Origin: Phoronis australis
Lineage: Eukaryota > Animalia > Phoronida
Assembly (NCBI GenBank): GCA_002633005.1
Contig: NMRA01000330.1
Location: 310,001-374,000 of the forward strand
Direction of reading: 5' to 3'
Length of the DNA stretch: 64,000 nucleotides
Shown here: positions 60,779 through 64,000 of the stretch, one piece after another
Position numbering within the stretch: the first letter of the stretch is position 1
Layout of the letters: each line of letters begins with the position of its first letter
The notes under the pieces: generated by a model
Databases searched by the model: none
The model's input: only the letters and a program-made list of their open reading frames with translations
Told to the model about the DNA's origin: nothing
Made by a program: the position numbers and the translations under genes

Positions 60779-62142
60779 TCAGTCTGAGTGGAATTCATTG
60801 TAGGCATGTTCCCACAGCTGGCCAGAGTGCTCTAAAGAACTGTGTAAAATAAAACCAACAGAAGTGTTAATTGTATGTAGACCTTGACCTTATAATACGA
60901 TTTACATATTGTTACTTCACAACTTTACAATTACGATAAATTTCAGCAATTAGTGATGTTGCTCTTGAAATATATAACGCCAAGCTTTACAGTTCATAAG
61001 GTTCATGCCTTGAAATAAACTAACTACTCTTGCATTGTCTATCACTTTTGTCACCGAATTTTGGTGAACATCACCCAGGACAGTACATACCTAGAAGCAG
61101 GGGTATATCCCTATCTGAATAAGGCTCCACAAAACCATTGCTGCTGAATACAACTAAAATTAGTTGACCCCAATGCAGAAACAGTTCAGGGATTGATCAG
61201 ACCCCATCACATGACCCGATTCACTTGATCGTGGATTTGACTATTACTATTAAAATATCAATCATTTAGTACCTGGCATCCATTTGACTATGACTATTAT
61301 AATATCAATCATATAGTACCAGAGATCCATTTGACTATTACTATAATTATAATATCAATCATTTAGTACATGGGGTCCATTTGACTATAACTATTATAAT
61401 ATCAATCATTTAGTACCTGGGGTCCATTTAACTATTACTATTATAATATCAATCACTTAGTACCTGGGGTCCATTTCATGAAAGTGACTTCAGATTTATG
61501 ACAGAAATTTGAGCTTAAGCTCACACTTTATTGTTCAAAAACAGTTTAATAAACAAATAATTCTGACACGTGTCATGTTTTAGAAGTTAATTGTCACAGC
61601 AACTAGAAGTTACATGACTCTCAGAGACTGCATCTTTGCTCAAGTGAGATTTAATTATTTTCGGACATAGTTGTGCGGAGCAGAAGACCAAATTTCTGTC
61701 TTCACTTTATGTGCAACGGACTCCTGTTGTCTAACTTCGTAACGGGAAAGTCACATATTTGTCAAAAAAATTATTACAAAATTCCAATTTTTCAAAAACT
61801 AGTTTCCTTAAAAGTTTGACAAAATAACGTTTTTATGACTTTTACATCAATTAGCATAAACCAAGCTAGTGGTAGTCAACTGGTTTTTCAGCGTTTTTGT
61901 TGGGAAATTTTGATAAAAGAAAAGCTCAATCGCGTGCTCAACAAATGATCTAACGACTATATACCAGTTAACGTGCTACACTTCACTTACATGACCACAT
62001 CGTTAGTTTCACATACCTGACTATATCACGAAATGCCGTAAGCAACGGCTTACACTGGTATTTGATCCCATGTTTGTGACACAAGGACTTGACCAGAGGA
62101 GCCACCTTGTACAGGTTGTGCCTGGGCATCGTAGGGAAGAGA
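60779..62142 (-). CDS. FADS2: Front-end fatty acid desaturase (FADS1/FADS2-like), last two coding exons, copy 1
   Basis: Exon 62142-62017 (126 nt) reads [41 protein letters not shown]; exon 60839-60779 reads [20 protein letters not shown]. Both match the FADS C-terminus after the QIEHH box, with phase-2 GT-AG splicing. Delta5 vs delta6 specificity cannot be read from this fragment. Confidence 0.9.
61235..61475. repeat. ~45-50-bp VNTR in the last FADS intron
   Basis: ATTTGACTATTACTATTATAATATCAATCATTTAGTACCTGGGGTCC x5 here, but only one unit in the duplicate copy (63019-63066). Confidence 0.85.
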
Positions 62143-62562
62143 CTGCAGAGAAATCATTGTAATCAGATATAGCGTTGATTGGTAGTGGACATGCAAAGTT
62201 AGTTTGGGGCTTGAAAGGGCACTTAGCCGTGTTGAGATTATGTAGGGCCTTATTGACAAGTCAGCGTATACCGACAAATACCAAANNNNNNNNNNNNNNN
62301 NNNNNNNNNNNNNNNNNNNNNNNNNNNNNNNNNNNNNNNNNNNNNNNNNNNNNNNNNNNNNNNNNNNNNNNNNNNNNNNNNNNNNNNNNNNNNNNNNNNN
62401 NNNNNNNNNNNNNNNNNNNNNNNNNNNNNNNNNNNNNNNNNNNNNNNNNNNNNNNNNNNNNNNGCATGCTTAAAAGATACAAAAACAGTTTTGACAGCAG
62501 TCGTGTAACTTTCCCCGTATTCATGAGTCCTTTCCTTGCAGATTAATAAGTCGTCTCTTCAT

Positions 62563-63737
62563 TCAGTCTGAGTGGAATTCATTGTAGGCATGTTCCCACA
62601 GCTGGCCAGAGTGCTCTAAAGAACTGTGTAAAATAAAACCAACAGAAATGTTAATTGTATGTAGACCTTGACCTTATAATACGATTTACATATTGTTACT
62701 TCACAACTTTACAATTACGATAAATTTCTGCAATTAGTGATGTTGCTCTTGAAATATATAACGCCAGGCTTTACAGTTCATAAGGTTCATGCCTTGAAAT
62801 AAACTAACTACTCTTACATTGTCTATCATTTTTGTCACCGAATTTTGGTGAACATCACCCAGCACACTACATACCTAGAAGCAGGGGTATATCCCTATCT
62901 GAATAAGACTCCACAAAACCATTGTTGCTGAATACAACTAAAATTAGTTAACCCCAATACAGAAACAGTTCAGGGATTGATCAGACCCCATCACATGACC
63001 CGATTCACTTGATCGTGGATTTGACTATTACTGTTAAAATATCAATCATTTAGTACCTGGGGTCCATTTCATGAAAGTGACTTCAGATTTATGACAGAAA
63101 TTTGAGATTACCCTCACACTTTATTGTTCAAAAACAGTTTATAATAAAAACAAATAATTCTGAGACATGTCATGTTTTAGAAGTTAATTATCTCAGCAAT
63201 TAGAAGTTACATGACTCTCAGAGACTGCATCTTTGCTCAAGTGAGATTTAATTATTTTCAGACATAGTTGCGTGGAGCAGAAGTCCAAATTTGTCTTCAC
63301 TTTCCATGCAACGGACTCCTGTTGTCTAACTTCGTAACGGGAAAGTCACACAGTTGTCAAATAAATTGTTACAAAATTCCAATTTTTCAAAAACTAGTTA
63401 CCTTAAAAGTTTGACAAAATAACGTTTTTATGACTTTTACATCAATTAGCATAAACCAAGCTAGTGGTAGTCGACAGGTTTTTCAATGTTTTTGTTGGGA
63501 AATTTTGACAAAAGAAAAGCTCAATCGCGTGCTCAACAAATGATCTAACGACTATATACCACTTAACGTGCTACACTTCACTTACATGACCACTTCGTTA
63601 GTTTCACGTACCTGACTATATCACGAAATGCCGTCAGCAACGGCTTACACTGGTATTTGATCCCATGTTTGTGACACAAGGACTTGACCAGAGGAGCCAC
63701 CTTGTACAGGTTGTGCCTGGGCATCGTAGGGAAGAGA
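62563..63737 (-). CDS. FADS2: FADS-like last two coding exons, copy 2 (probable alternate haplotype; gene continues beyond the window)
   Basis: Exons 63737-63612 and 62623-62563 encode the same peptide as copy 1, with one synonymous CTT/CTG change seen. Separated from copy 1 by the N gap 62286-62463. Confidence 0.85.
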
Positions 63738-64000
63738 CTGCAGAGAAATCATTGTAATCAGATATAGCGTTGATTGGTAGTGGACATGCAAAGTTAGTTT
63801 GGGGCTTGAAAGGGCACTTAGCCGTGTTGAGATTATGTAGGGCCTTATTGACAAGTCAGCGTATACCGACAAATACAAAACATCAACTTTCATTTATACT
63901 GTTTATATTTTCCGAAAATAGAAAACCTGAAGAATTCAATTTTAGACCCATACCAATCTGCCATTGTTTGAGGTCACGTGACCCAGTGTTTTCCGTAAAC

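Larger units (their letters stand above)
60680..63876. other. Uncollapsed haplotype duplication (60680-62285 vs 62464-63876)
   Basis: Near-identical blocks, introns included, flanking the N gap 62286-62463. Confidence 0.8.

Noticed and set aside
61090-61155. 63-nt AG..GT-bounded open segment in the last FADS intron ([21 protein letters not shown])
   Set aside because: Open only in phase 1 whereas the intron is phase 2; the flanking exons join directly into a proper FADS C-terminus.

Overview
AT-rich, intron-containing animal genomic DNA (invertebrate-like, plausibly a mollusc; inference) from a heterozygous short-read-type assembly. It has single-N joins and two ~179-N gaps flanked by duplicated haplotype sequence. 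I reconstructed four spliced genes by hand: the 3' half of a villin/advillin-family gene (+, 2243-10392, ending in a villin headpiece); a complete 22-exon USP37-like deubiquitinase (-, 35889-14164, ~839 aa); a complete 8-exon cyclin Y (+, 36473-54498, 360 aa); and the last two exons of a front-end fatty acid desaturase (FADS-like, -, present twice across a gap). Villin and USP37 are tail-to-tail, as VIL1 and USP37 are in human. USP37 and CCNY are head-to-head across a ~580-bp putative bidirectional promoter with E2F- and CTCF-like motifs. The introns hold many transposon derivatives: two THAP-encoding, TTAA-flanked Kolobok-type elements (one built from two inverted left ends), a hAT-like family with a 6-bp TSD and an apparent presence/absence polymorphism, a PIF/Harbinger MITE, a tRNA-SINE, a solo-LTR-like element with an 8-bp flanking repeat, two abutting foldback palindromes, and many minisatellites. 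Most entries in the ORF track are spurious. I found no prokaryotic-type systems and nothing I can confidently call a new biological system.
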